Source: the human T2T-CHM13v2.0 reference genome, Homo sapiens. From it: 64,000 nt of DNA. The DNA is taken from assembly GCF_009914755.1 (NCBI RefSeq), contig NC_060925.1. One strand, 5' to 3'. The position numbers and the translations under genes are program-made. Below are positions 26,142 to 37,872 of the stretch, piece by piece; the stretch's first letter is position 1, and every line of letters begins with the position of its first letter. The notes beneath the pieces are model-generated. The model was not told the origin of the DNA, searched no databases, and saw only the letters and a list, made by a program, of their open reading frames with translations.

Positions 26142-29020
26142 TAGATTTTTTCCAATGATATATTATTAAGAAAAAAAAAAACACATTCTTAAACATTAGT
26201 GAGTGCTTTAAAAGTGGATGTAAAACTTTACCTTTTCTAAGGTATGTGTGATTATAACAGAAAAAGCCCTAAGAGATTACCACCAAAATATTAAAGGAAT
26301 TACCTCTTGGAAGTAGAATCACCAAAGATATTCATTTTCTTTTCCTTGTTTAAGTATTTTATCATTTTTTGCAATGACTTGCCTTATATTCTTTTAAAAT
26401 CAAGGCAGTTTTTTAGGGAAAAACCCTTACTGTTTGTATATAACTGTGAATAAATGATCAAGCAACATTATCATAAAATATAAAAGGGAAGTAGTCACAT
26501 AGTCACAAGTTAAATAGTAATCAACACACAGAGCTCTTCCTCCACACTGTAGGAAAGACAGAAATATGATGCGAATTAATCAACAGGTTCTCCTTCCATT
26601 ATAATTGTGAGTAGTCACATCCTTGGCTGAGTGCGTTGAATTTAGCTGTTGTTGAAAAGCACAGTTATTCCCTCTCATGGCTATAGAGGGTTAGAGACTT
26701 TTGCAATATTCTTGAGAAAAGAGCAGCAATTATTTCAATAATGAGAATTAATTTATATGAAATCATTTAGTTTCCATGACAATTCAGTTAGAGAGTTTGG
26801 GCCACTAACCACAAGGAAACACTGCCTTTTTCCAGTAAACCAAATATTTTCTCATATCTCCACCTCTTCGTTTACTCATCTCTATTGCAGGAGTGGCTAA
26901 TAAAATGAGGAATTTAGTGTATATTTATTAGGGATAGAGATGTTCTATTAAAGTGTGGACAATGAGTAATTCACCTCTTTCCTCTAACTTTATCTTTTAG
27001 TTTAATCTAAATTTTGTAAACTTCAAAAAATACTTTAACTTCATTAATCATCAATACCGTCATCTGTATAACTTGGAAATATGCATGCCTACCTTTAAAT
27101 CTCTAGGCATAAGGTCTGGCACCTTGTAAATGCTCAATAAATGTCCGTTGTTACAATTAATATTATAGTTGTTGCTTTAGAAAAGAGAAGAGAAGAAGAG
27201 AAAATTTTGAGAAATTAGTAAAATTTTAAAAGCTCGGCTGGGCGTAGCTGACAGAAGTAGAGGAACAGAGAGAAATAGAACACTCTGGGGAAGTGCCAAA
27301 AAGATGGCAAAGAGCAGAATTTGGGATGACATGGAAGGAACCTAGGGATTGAAGCTCTACCAACTCCAAAATTCCAGAAAGGCAGTATTGGGCGAAGTAC
27401 ACAAAGGAAGGAAACATTTGTCCTCAATCCACTAAGGCACAAGCTTCGTAAAAATCAGCAGCTGTTTCAGTTCAAGAATCTCCTGAAGAAAAATCTCCAG
27501 CTAAGGCAATTGTGATGCAAAGACAAGGGAAAGAACCCTCTAAGGCACAGGATTCGTAAGCCCAAGGAATTCTAGAGGGGGAGGCAGTAGCAGCAGACAA
27601 ATGGCACACTGCTAAAAATGCCTTTAGATATTTTTGTGGTTGGAGAAATCCAGAAAAATGAAAAAAAAAAAGCAGAAGATTGACATTGTGGAGAATACAA
27701 TGCAATGAATTCTGGAGGATGGACTCTTTAAATGTGGGACACTCAGCTCTCCAGAGGAAGAAGAGGTTGTATCCCTAGGCAGCATGCTCAGCCTTCAGCA
27801 TCCACATGCCAGAATCATAAGGCTCCGAGGAGATATGGAAATGAAAAAATGTGAAATGAATATGAAATGAAAGAAAAGAGCTTCAAATAAGGCCTGAAGG
27901 CTGGTGAGGCCATCACAGCAAATTTATATGTATATATTTTTGCAAAATGAAAGAATGCAATAAATGTAGAAGCAATGCCATAATTAACTTCTTAATTAAA
28001 ATATTCTCATACTTAAATTTAAGTTCATAGGTTAAATATTCAATAAACTAGCCTAGATTATTGGGCATTCTGGTAAAGCTGAATTCAAATCTATTCTCTT
28101 CTGGTTTTCTATGGTTCAATGCTGGCAATTGCAATATTGCATTATATTATGAACAGGAGTAACTGCTTTGGGAGAATTGAAATTATTTTGTCTATTCTAA
28201 ATTGCATGGGTGAGGGCTGCAGCTGAGATCATCATATGTATCCTATTGACTTTATGGATTCTTTGTCTGATGGCATGTCACACATGATGTGCCTTGAAAT
28301 TGAGTGACTTGAAATTGGAGTAATTAAATTTTGAAGTTGCTACACTTATTTTCATGGAAAAGGGCCAATCTGCTTCTGAAAGAGCCCAGATTCCACATGA
28401 GTGAAATTGTTCTGGCCGAAAACAGAAAACCATTGGATAGAAAAGATTTTAGATTTTAATTTCTTTAAAACCTAATGAACTTTAATCCGATTTTGTTTTG
28501 GGTCCATAATTTCTCTCTGAGAATATAATAATACAGGGAACTCCATGTGATTTAAGTTGGAATCAACTGTAAAGTTATACTGTATTATTGGAGGTATTTT
28601 TGTTTGAATTTTTTGGTATATTCTCTGATAAGAACTATGTGACAATATGGCTGGGCATAATTTAAAGTTGGAAATTGAATAGAGAATGAGCTGTTGGCTA
28701 AAAGTGCATTGTACCCTGCAAGTTACATCAGTTAATGGTTTATTCTGAGATATATTGGAAATTTCTGGGAACAAAAATGAAACTATTCACTAATGTCCCA
28801 GAAGGAGGTCCAGAGGGGCACTGGTAGGGAGTGAAAAGAGGTTTCCCAAATAGAGAGTGGGGCTCTCTGATACTCTGCTAGTCACTCCTCTGAAGAGATA
28901 CAGCCACAACCTTGGTTGACCATATGCTTGGTTGTGGTCAAAGGTTAAGGAAACAAAAAGTTTGAGAGTGTTCAAGAAGAAAGCTCATTTCCTGACTTCT
29001 TTTTCTATTATTCCTTGTAG

Positions 29021-29072
29021 AGAGGGGAATTTGAACATAGTCGCATAGGAGCTGAGGTAAAATATCTAATTG
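29021..29072 (+). other. Candidate internal exon of an unannotated or non-coding transcript
   Basis: Branch-like CCTGAC at 28991, pyrimidine tract, then TAG at 29018-29020. Donors GAG|GTAAAA (29056) or TG|GTGAGT (29072). Motif evidence only. Confidence 0.3.
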
Positions 29073-30010
29073 GTGAGTTCTTGAAGAGCTTAATATCCGT
29101 GAGCCACACTGGAAGGCAGGGGGTCACTAGTGGAAATGCTGCATTGCTAAGGATGTTCCTTTTCCCTCCCCCATTCCAAAAATCCATTTACCCTCAAGTG
29201 CTAAGGGCCTGACTTGCACTTCCTTCATCCTTCTGTAACCAAACCAAAAAAGACCCCTGGCAAGCCCAGCTTGTCCTCTGCTCTCCCTGATCCAATGTCT
29301 CTGCCTGTGACTGGATGAATACATCCCTAAAAGCTAGGTAGCCTTAGTTCAGAAGCGGGCATAGGAAGCGCCAATCTGGCCTCAAATCTATGCAGGGCTC
29401 TCTATCTAGCTTTACCAATAATAAAGTTGGCACTGAAATTTGTTCTTTTTTTAGTCTCTTGATTCTATTTCTCAATTAGCTAGAACCAGGAGTTATACAA
29501 CACATATGCCCATTTTATTTGAAATATTGCTATTTTAGTTCTCAAAGAACCATTTTCAAAGTTAAATCAAAGAGAGAAAGGGATTTAAGAAGGAATTTTT
29601 AAATTAAGATTATTAAAACAAGACAAAGAACTTTAAAATGTAGGAAATTATATAACAAGCACAACCACATGGGCAAATAATTCTGTTTCTGTCTTCAGAG
29701 GGAAGAAATAAAGGCAGTCTCTGAATATGTATAAAACATATACATGTATGTTTATATAGCTGGATGATTGGACAGATGCAGAGAAGACTTTTAATTTTAA
29801 GGACAATTTAAACTTTTTATCCTATTATAAGTCAAATTACCCTGGCTACACAGAAAAATCCAAACTCTGAAAAAAATCTCATTTCCTATCAAAGCACCCC
29901 CACCCTAACTCCACATACCCGGCAATGAATGATTCTGAGAGTACCCAAGAAATGTCTCATATAACAAGACCTAATTCAGCATCGATGCTGCTCCTCTGAC
30001 TGTATGCTCC

Positions 30011-30395
30011 ATATGGTGCTTCATTGATGCAGCAGCTTCTCTGCTAGTGGTCTTTGCAGTTCCAGAGTGTGTCAGAGGCTGCTTGCTGATCACCACACAG
30101 CTTGTTTGTTATGAGACACTCTCCTCTTGCTTGTCTGGGCACCCAAGGTGTCTGAATGCCCACACTAAGGCCTCAGTTACAACAAAGCTGGATGTGGCCT
30201 GTGAAAGGATTTGAGAGTTGTCCTGTTTCCCTTCAAATATTTTTTAAATAGATTTTTGTTACAGTGGTGAAAATTAGTGTCGCCTGTGCCACAAAGTGTT
30301 TACACTTTGTGTAAACACAGCAAGCAGCCTCTGACACACCCTGAAATTGCAAAGACCACTAGTAGAGAAGCTGCTGCATCAAGGAAGCATCGTAT
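30011..30395. repeat. Inverted repeat: 78-bp arms (30011-30088 / 30318-30395), 229-bp spacer
   Basis: Manual alignment gives 71/78 identity, ungapped. Confidence 0.95.
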
Positions 30396-30450
30396 AGTAC
30401 TTCACAGTATTTAGTAAAAAAACCAAAAATCTTCCTGTTTTAACTTTTAG

Positions 30451-30750
30451 ATCCATGAAGCTGAGCCTAGAAGGAAATCATGCAACAGCCAAGACATTGT
30501 ATCCGGAGTTCCTTCTCCTCTGATGGCTTTGTTGTTGGGTCGGGACCATTTGCCTGTTTCCTTGGAATGAGTTCCCTAGAGCTCTTAATCTCTTGCTCAC
30601 AATCAGACTTCTTTGGGGCCAACTCACCAGTTCATCAGATAGGATCAGATATGTTTGAAACTCAGCAGAGGACACAGCTTATATTCTTTCGTAGAAAGCT
30701 TCTTAGTCATGAAAAAATTTCTAATAAATCTGTTCTACAACTTATGTAAC
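30451..30750 (+). other. Candidate terminal exon
   Basis: Acceptor CTTCCTGTTTTAACTTTTAG ending at 30450. AATAAA at 30723-30728. Motif evidence only. Confidence 0.3.
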
Positions 30751-30894
30751 CTCAACTAAATCCTAGCAGTGGACAATGAGAAGATAATAGTTTATTCTGA
30801 TATTCCTCCAATACTATTTATAATTATTTAAAAGCAGAATATGGAATCATGTGGCTAAAGGGACTCAGGTAGCAGCACCGCAATATCTCATTAA

Positions 30895-31229
<335 letters not shown>

Positions 31230-32453
31230 GACATGTTTTTATAAATTCATGTACCAGGGAATTCAATTGCCTGCTTGTAGACCCTTATTGCTCTTTATTT
31301 TCTGAATCAATGGTATTCCCACAAGCACAGCTGCAGGTACAACCCTAAACTGTAATACTCATAACTTTCAGTTGAAGTAATTACTATTTTGATGTGGTGC
31401 TATGATAGGCAAAATCCCAGAAGTATTAATCACTTTGATTGTCCAAAGTGTATAAGGACTGTCAACTCTGAAGTTGATTTAGGAACAAGTTGGATAATTC
31501 TATATCTGTGAAAATGATCTTGAATTGCTTTGATTACTAAAGACCTTCTATTTTAAAGCATTTAAAAATGGTGTTGCTCTATGACCCTTTTCTCTAGGGA
31601 AAATAACTTTTAAATTTCTGGAAAATTAAACTCATACATAAAATATAACTTTCTATCAGAGTGGAATAATTATACCTAAGAGTTGCTTTGGGATCCTAGA
31701 CTGAGTGAAAATGGGTGGTAAAAGGGGAAATACCATTGATGCAGAAACGAGTAGAGCCTGGTCCAAAGGAAAGAGGATTCACAAAAAGAAAGAATGATGA
31801 AAATTATTCAAATAAAATTTGAAGATGTAAGGGACTTTGAAATCAGCTACTGATAAAACTCCCATGAATCCACAGAATAATGCTTAGAGCCTATGGTGAA
31901 TGTAAGACAATGTAGGATTGTTGAAAGCTTAATACTTCTGTATTTCAATGATAAGAAGGCTTATGAAAGCAATAACTGTGAAAGCAAGTGCTCTTCTTTT
32001 ATTTGGCAGCATAGACTAACAGAGGATTGTGAACATATTGATGAAAGGAAAAGATATTCGAATTTGGAAGTTGTTGTCTAAAAGTAAAGGAAACAAAAAG
32101 AGAGTATAGATCAAAGGCTTAAAAAAATTTAGAGAGTAAATATAAGAAATAAACATATCCAAAAAATAGAAATTGACACCTCTTACACCTACAGAATGAC
32201 TGTGATGAAAATACAAAAAAAAAAAAATGCCAGGTAACTGGAATTGTCATTAATTGCTGGTGGGAATTAAAATCTGTGCAATTACTTTGGAAAATGGTTT
32301 GGCAGTATCTTCTAAAGTAGAACATATGTGTGTCTTATGGCCTAGCAATTCTACTTCATATCTCCAAATAGCATGCACTAAAATGTTCATAGCAGCACTA
32401 TCAGTAATCGTTCCAAACTGGAAATTACCCACATGTCCATCAACAGTAAAATG

Positions 32454-32965
32454 TGTAGGAAGAAAAAGTAATTTTTCCTCTACCCTTCTGAGTTCTTGGC
32501 TGGGATATCTGCAACAAAAGACAGGTTAACAAAGGAAAAGCAAATGGAAGCTTATTAACATGTATATTTCATATATACATGTGACATACCGAAGAAATGA
32601 GTAATTCTCAAAGAGATGAACTAGAATTTTAGTTTATATAATATCTTTAGTTCAAAGAAAGAAGGAGGCAAGTTATGGGAAACTAATGGTAGGTAAAGTC
32701 TAGTTAATAAAGGTTTGTTTTGTTGATTCCTCTGGTTCTGTCTCCTGGCTTATAAAAGTCTAAATTTATCTTTGGTGATCAATCTTTGTTTTTCCTGGTA
32801 GAGGTGGAAGGGAAGACATGTTTATAAATATATGCCCTGCTTTTAGGCAAATGTGGGAGGACAGAAAGTTTTTCTTGTATCTGCTTCTTCTCAATTCCCT
32901 TCAATTCAAAATAACCCTTATGCCAAAATGGCAGATTTTGGGGTGACATACTTTGCTACCCTTCA
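32454..32965 (-). mobile_element. ERV1 solo LTR, MER34-like
   Basis: TG...CA termini. 4-bp TSD AATG at 32450-32453 and 32966-32969. Reverse strand begins TGAAGGGTAGCAAAGTATGTCACCCCAAAATCTGCC. Confidence 0.75.
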
Positions 32966-33212
32966 AATGAGTAAATTAATTTTGATAGAATCACTGACTG
33001 AATGGTGTAACAGCAATGAGATTAACAAATTATAGCTGCATGCAACAAGATGGAAAAATCTTAAAATATGGAAAGATGGGAGTGAAAGACACAAAAAATT
33101 ACGATTCCAGTCACAGAAATTACAAAACAACACAATACAAAACATCCCAACAAAACGTATCTACCTATGCTGTTAAAAGTGACTGTAGTGGTGGTCCTTA
33201 TAAGAAGAGAGG

Positions 33213-33436
33213 GAGCGCCTCTGCCCAGCCCCCATGCCGTCTGGGAAGTGAGGAGCCCCTCTGCCAGGCCGCCCCACAGTCTGGAAAGGGAGGAGCCCCT
33301 CTGCCTGGCCGCTGTGCAACCCTCCAAGTGTGAAGTGCCAGCCTTGTGTGTGATCTTTCTGCCCTCCCCAAGTTTGCATTTTTGACATTAAAGTTTACTT
33401 TTAAATTAACAGTTTTAAATTGGAAAAAAAAAAAAA
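33213..33436 (+). mobile_element. SVA2 element, 5'-truncated (VNTR + SVA2 unique 3' sequence + poly-A)
   Basis: About 2.5 SVA-type VNTR units (TCTGGGAAGTGAGGAGCCCCTCTGCC), then GCTGTGCAACCCTCCAAGTGTGAAGTG...ATTAAAGTTTAC, then A-tail. TSD AAGAGAGG at 33205-33212 and 33437-33444. No SINE-R. Confidence 0.85.
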
Positions 33437-33499
33437 AAGAGAGGATGATCATGCCTGGAGAAGTGAGGGGGTTTCAAGAGTACTGGCAAGACTTTCTAA

Positions 33500-34034
33500 C
33501 TGTAATGACGCTCTCCTCTTCACTCCTCTCCTTCAAGCTGCCATTACCTTTTACCTAGACCATGAAGAGAGCATCTTAACTAGTTTTCTTCTGTTCTTTG
33601 CCTACTCACAAACTATTTTCCACTTCATCACCAGGGTGACCTTTTTACATATAAATAAAATTGTGTCCCTATCTTGTTTTAAACCCCTTCTGTGGCTTCT
33701 CTTTACACTCCAGATATTTCCCAAAGCTCCTCATGAACTGAATGGTCCTGCATGATCTGTTCTCTGCCTACCTCTTCAAGATCACTGCCTACCATCAAAG
33801 CTCCACCATACTGGCTCTTCATTTGCTTCCCAAGCATGCCTGTTTTTCTTCTGTCTTTGCACTAGTTATTTGCCCTGCCTAAAATCCTCTTCCTCCCTAA
33901 ATCTTTATGTGACTGATTCCTTCATACTATTTACCTCTCAACTCAAATATTACCTCCTCAAAGAGACTGTCTCTAATCTATTGCTCCAAAAGCAGTCCCA
34001 TCATACCCATACCACCAGTGTATTTCCACCATAT

Positions 34035-34065
<31 letters not shown>

Positions 34066-34305
34066 GTGCATATGTATATATATTTCCACCATATTATATC
34101 ATGTTGTCTTTTTCAGAGCACTTGTCATTATCTGAAATTTTGCTAATTTGTGTGTTTGCATATACATTGTCTGTCTTCATTCATATAATATGAGGTCCGT
34201 AAAAGCTAAGACTCTTGTCTTTTTGTCTGGTCTACTGCTTTATCTCCAGCTCCAAATACAGTGGCAGGCACACAGAAGATGTTCAGTAATTATAGAATAA
34301 ATGGA
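33500..34305 (+). mobile_element. L2
   Basis: Pyrimidine-rich body ending CAGTGGCAGGCACACAGAAGATGTTCAGTAAT...GAATAAATG. Confidence 0.7.
34021..34097. repeat. (TATATG)n microsatellite between 17-bp direct repeats
   Basis: TATTTCCACCATATTAT at 34021-34037 and 34081-34097. Confidence 0.9.
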
Positions 34306-35189
34306 AAGCCTTAAGAAACTTTAAGGGTTTAAGAGCTCAAAATGTTGAACAGAAATTTTCTTGGAAAGAGGTAATGGAATGAATGTTAATTTGGAGAAAA
34401 CTGAACAGGCAGGGAACTTAGGGTAGAAAAAAGGTTGGGGTTTGAGCAACTTGGAGAAGTATAAAGCTTAAAGAGAGATAGTAGAGTGGTCCAAGGTAGC
34501 TCGGAAGTGTAGGCAAACTATTAAGATCCATTATAACGAATTTGGATTTTATCTTTCATCTTAAGGAAAACTACTGGAGGGCTTTTAAGGTGAGCCCTAA
34601 CGCATTCCTACTGATACTTTTAACAGATTACTTGGCTGCTGGTTGAAAGAGGAAGGTCAACTTGAAAGGTGGGCCTTAATGAAAGATGATGGCAGCTTGA
34701 ATTAGAGGCTCATAAGAAATATGGAGAGAACTGGATGGATTTATGACCTGTATCGCAGGGAAAATATTTAAATTTGCTGATAAATTGTATCTATGTAGGG
34801 TGTATGGTTAATGGAGAGGAAGAAGTCAATTATTTTTAAATTTCTCATTTGGGCTACTGGGTAAATGCAGCAAAACTTGAGTAAAAATATATCTCAATCT
34901 TTATATCCTTGGAGTTTTATGGGTTGTATAAAGCAGTTAACAAACATAGGTCAAAGGAGTAAGTGAATAAATAAATGAATGAATGAAAAGTGCAATGCAG
35001 AGAAGAGAGAGTAAGATGTAATCACTATTTTATACTGTTTAAGGGAAGCATATCACTATACAGGGTCCTATGACAGGTATTATATTTTATTACATTTTCA
35101 CATAGTTAACACATTCACACCTATGTAATGTAATGGTTATACTTATGAACTTAAATACTTTTAATATATGAAAAAAGTTAGCCTTGGCG

Positions 35190-35690
35190 GTCTCCAGATT
35201 CCATGAAGATTAGTAGTACTATTCCTCCCAGATCCTTCTTACAACAAAAGAACTTTGGGTATATGTAGCAAACAAACATAGGAAGCCTCCAAAATGTAGA
35301 AGGAAGATGTTCTGCCTAGGGATCTCAGAACTTGAGGGAAGACATAGCAGTGGGTCCACTGGATTTCTTAGTGCCTTCCGTATATCCTGGACAGGGAGAT
35401 CCAGAAGCCTCCAACCCCAAACCTCCAATAGACATGGACACACAGCTCCAAAGAAAACCTGTCCCTTTAGCCAAGAGACATGAAAAAAGATTGCCTGACA
35501 GCAGATTTTTTTTTTTTGCAATATCCTCCCTAGTCCAGCTAAACACCAATAAAAAACCTCATTCATCCCAAGGAAGTAGGGAAGAAATTTTCACTCCCCA
35601 ATAAGATGGTGTTGGAGTATAAAGCACAGTCTGACAGAACCAGATGGTGCCCTGATTCCCTGCTAGGGTAGTGTTAGCACTAAGCAGGGC
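35190..35690 (+). mobile_element. Old L1M 5'-end fragment
   Basis: Resemblance to L1M 5' UTR (AAACAAACATAGGAAG...CTCAGAACTTGAGGGAAGACATAGCAGTGGGT). Confidence 0.45.
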
Positions 35691-37872
35691 TGTTTGTCTC
35701 TTTTTCATGCTAGTACCATACTGTTTTGATTAATATAGCTTTGCAATAAAGTCTTAAATCAGGAAGTGTGATGCTTCCAACTTTGTTTTTTATTTTATGA
35801 ATTGTTTTGGCTATTTGGGGTATTTTTGGCTCCATATTAATTTTAGGATGGATTTTGTTACTTACATAAAGAATGCCATTGAGATTTTGATAGGGATTGC
35901 ATGACTCTGTATATTGCTTTGCATAGTGTGGATATTTTAATAATATTAATTCTTCCTGTCTGTGAGTACAGAATATTTTTCTATTTATTTGTGTCTTCTT
36001 CAATTCCTTCCATCAATGCTTTATAGTTTTCAGTCTATAAGTCTTTGGTTAAATTTGCTCCTCAGTATTTTAAATTTCTTAATACTTTTATCAGGAAATA
36101 TAATGGGATTATTTTCTTTTTTTATTTATTTATTTATTTTTATTTTTTATTGATCATTCTTGGGTGATTCTCGCAGAGGGGGATTTGGCAGGGTCATAGG
36201 ACAATAGTAGAGGGAAGGTCAGCAGATAAACAAGTGAACAAAGGTCTCTGGTTTTCCTAGGCAGAGGACCCTGGGGCCTTCTGCAGTGTTTGTGTCCCTG
36301 GGTACTTGAGATTAGGGAGTGGTGATGACTCTTAACGAGCATGCTGCCTTCAAGCATCTGCTTAACAAAGCACATCTTGCACTGCCCTTAATCCATTTAA
36401 CCCTGAGTGGACACAGCACATGTTTCAGGGAGCACCAGGTTGGGGGTAAGGTCATAGATCAACAGCATCCCAAGGCAGAAGAATTTTTCTTAGTACAGAA
36501 CAAAATGGAGTCTCCTATGTCTACTTCTTTCTACACAGACACAGCAACAATCTGATTTCTCTGTCTTTTCCCCACATTTTCCCCTTTTCTATTCAACAAA
36601 ACCGCCATCGTCATCATGGCCCCTTCTCAATGAGCTGTTGGGTACACCTCCCAGACGGGGTGGCAGCCAGGCAGAGGGGCTCCTCACTTCCCAGAAGGGG
36701 CAGCCGGGCAGAGGCGCCCCCGACCTCCCGGACGGGGCGGCTGGCCGGCTGGGGGCTGCCCCCGCACCTCCCTCCCGGACGGGGCGGCTGGCTGGGCGGG
36801 GGCTGACCCCCACCTCCTGGATGAGGCGGCTGCCGGGCGGAGACGCTCCTCAGTTCCCAGATGGGGCGGCTGCCGGGCGGAGGGGCTCCTCACTTCTCAG
36901 ACGGGGCGGCTGCCTGGCAGAGGGGCTCCTCACTTCTCAGACAGGGCGGCCAGGCAGAGACGCTCCTCACCTCACAGATGGGGTCACGGCTGGGCAGAGG
37001 TGCTCCTCACATCCCAAACGGGGCAGCGGGGCAGTGGCGGTCCCCACATCTCAGACGATGGGCGGCCGGGCAGAGACGCTCCTCACTTCCTAGATGGGAT
37101 GGCGGCCGGGAAGAGGCGCTCCTCACTTCCCAGACTGGGCAGCCGGGCAGAGGGGCTCCTCACATCCCAGACGATGGGCGGCCAGGCAGAGACGCTCCTC
37201 ACTTCCCAGACGGGGTGGGCGGCCGGGCAGAGGCTGCAATCTCGGCACTTTGGGAGGCCAAGGCAGGCGGCTGTGAGGTGGAGGCTGTAGCCAGCCGAGA
37301 TCACGCCACTGCACTCCAGCCTGGGCAACATTGAGCACTGAGTGAATGAGACTCCATCTGCAATCCCAGCACCTCGGGAGGCCGAGGCTGGCAGATCACT
37401 CCCGGTTAGGAGCTGGAGACCAGCCTGGCCAACACAGCGAAACCCCGTCTCCACCAAAAAAATATGAAAACCAGTCAGGCGTGGCGGCGCGCGCCTGCAA
37501 TCACAGGCACTCGGCAGGTTGAGGCAGGAGAATCAGGCAGGGAGGTTGCAGTGAGCCGAGATGGTGGCAGTACAGTCCAGCTTCAGCTCGGCATCAGAGG
37601 GAGACCGGGGAGAGGGAGAGGGAGAAGGAGAGGGAGAGGGAGAGGGAGAGGGAGAGGGAGAGGGAGAATTATTTTCTTTTTTAAGTAGGTTGTGATTTCT
37701 GTATAAAAATGCTCCCGATTTTTGTATGTTAATTTTGTAACATGTAATTTTATTGAATTTCACTTTTAGTTCAAACAGTGTGGAATCTTTGTGGTTTTTT
37801 AACATATAGGATTATGTCATATAAAGACAGAGATAATTTTACTTCTTCCTTTCTGATTTGGACAATTTCTTT
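35691..37872 (-). mobile_element. L1M (L1MA-like) ORF2 fragment split by the SVA
   Basis: Antisense ORF fragments [25 protein letters not shown] and YKINIQKSGAFLY lie on either side of the SVA. Confidence 0.8.
36123..37667 (-). mobile_element. Full-length SVA (older SVA_B/C-like)
   Basis: T-rich tail, SINE-R (~36150-36650), VNTR, Alu-like region and (CCCTCT)n hexamer (~37608-37667). TSD ATTATTTTCTTTTTT at 36108-36122 and 37668-37682. Confidence 0.97.

Larger units (their letters stand above)
32150..33495 (+). mobile_element. Old L1ME-type 3' region, host of a MER34-like LTR and SVA2
   Basis: TTGCTGGTGGGAAT...ACTTTGGAAAATGGTTTGGCAGTATC...AAACTGGAAATTACCCACATGTCCATCAACAGT. Confidence 0.7.

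Noticed and set aside
28472-28774. 100-aa minus-strand ORF in unique DNA
   Set aside because: No recognisable motif or splice context. The length is compatible with chance.
36650-37230. Repeat-spacer-like periodicity resembling a CRISPR array
   Set aside because: This is the SVA VNTR: degenerate tandem units with no unique spacers, in eukaryotic DNA with no cas genes.
36589-37805. Cluster of overlapping GC-rich ORFs
   Set aside because: These are by-products of the stop-poor SVA VNTR, Alu-like region and hexamer.
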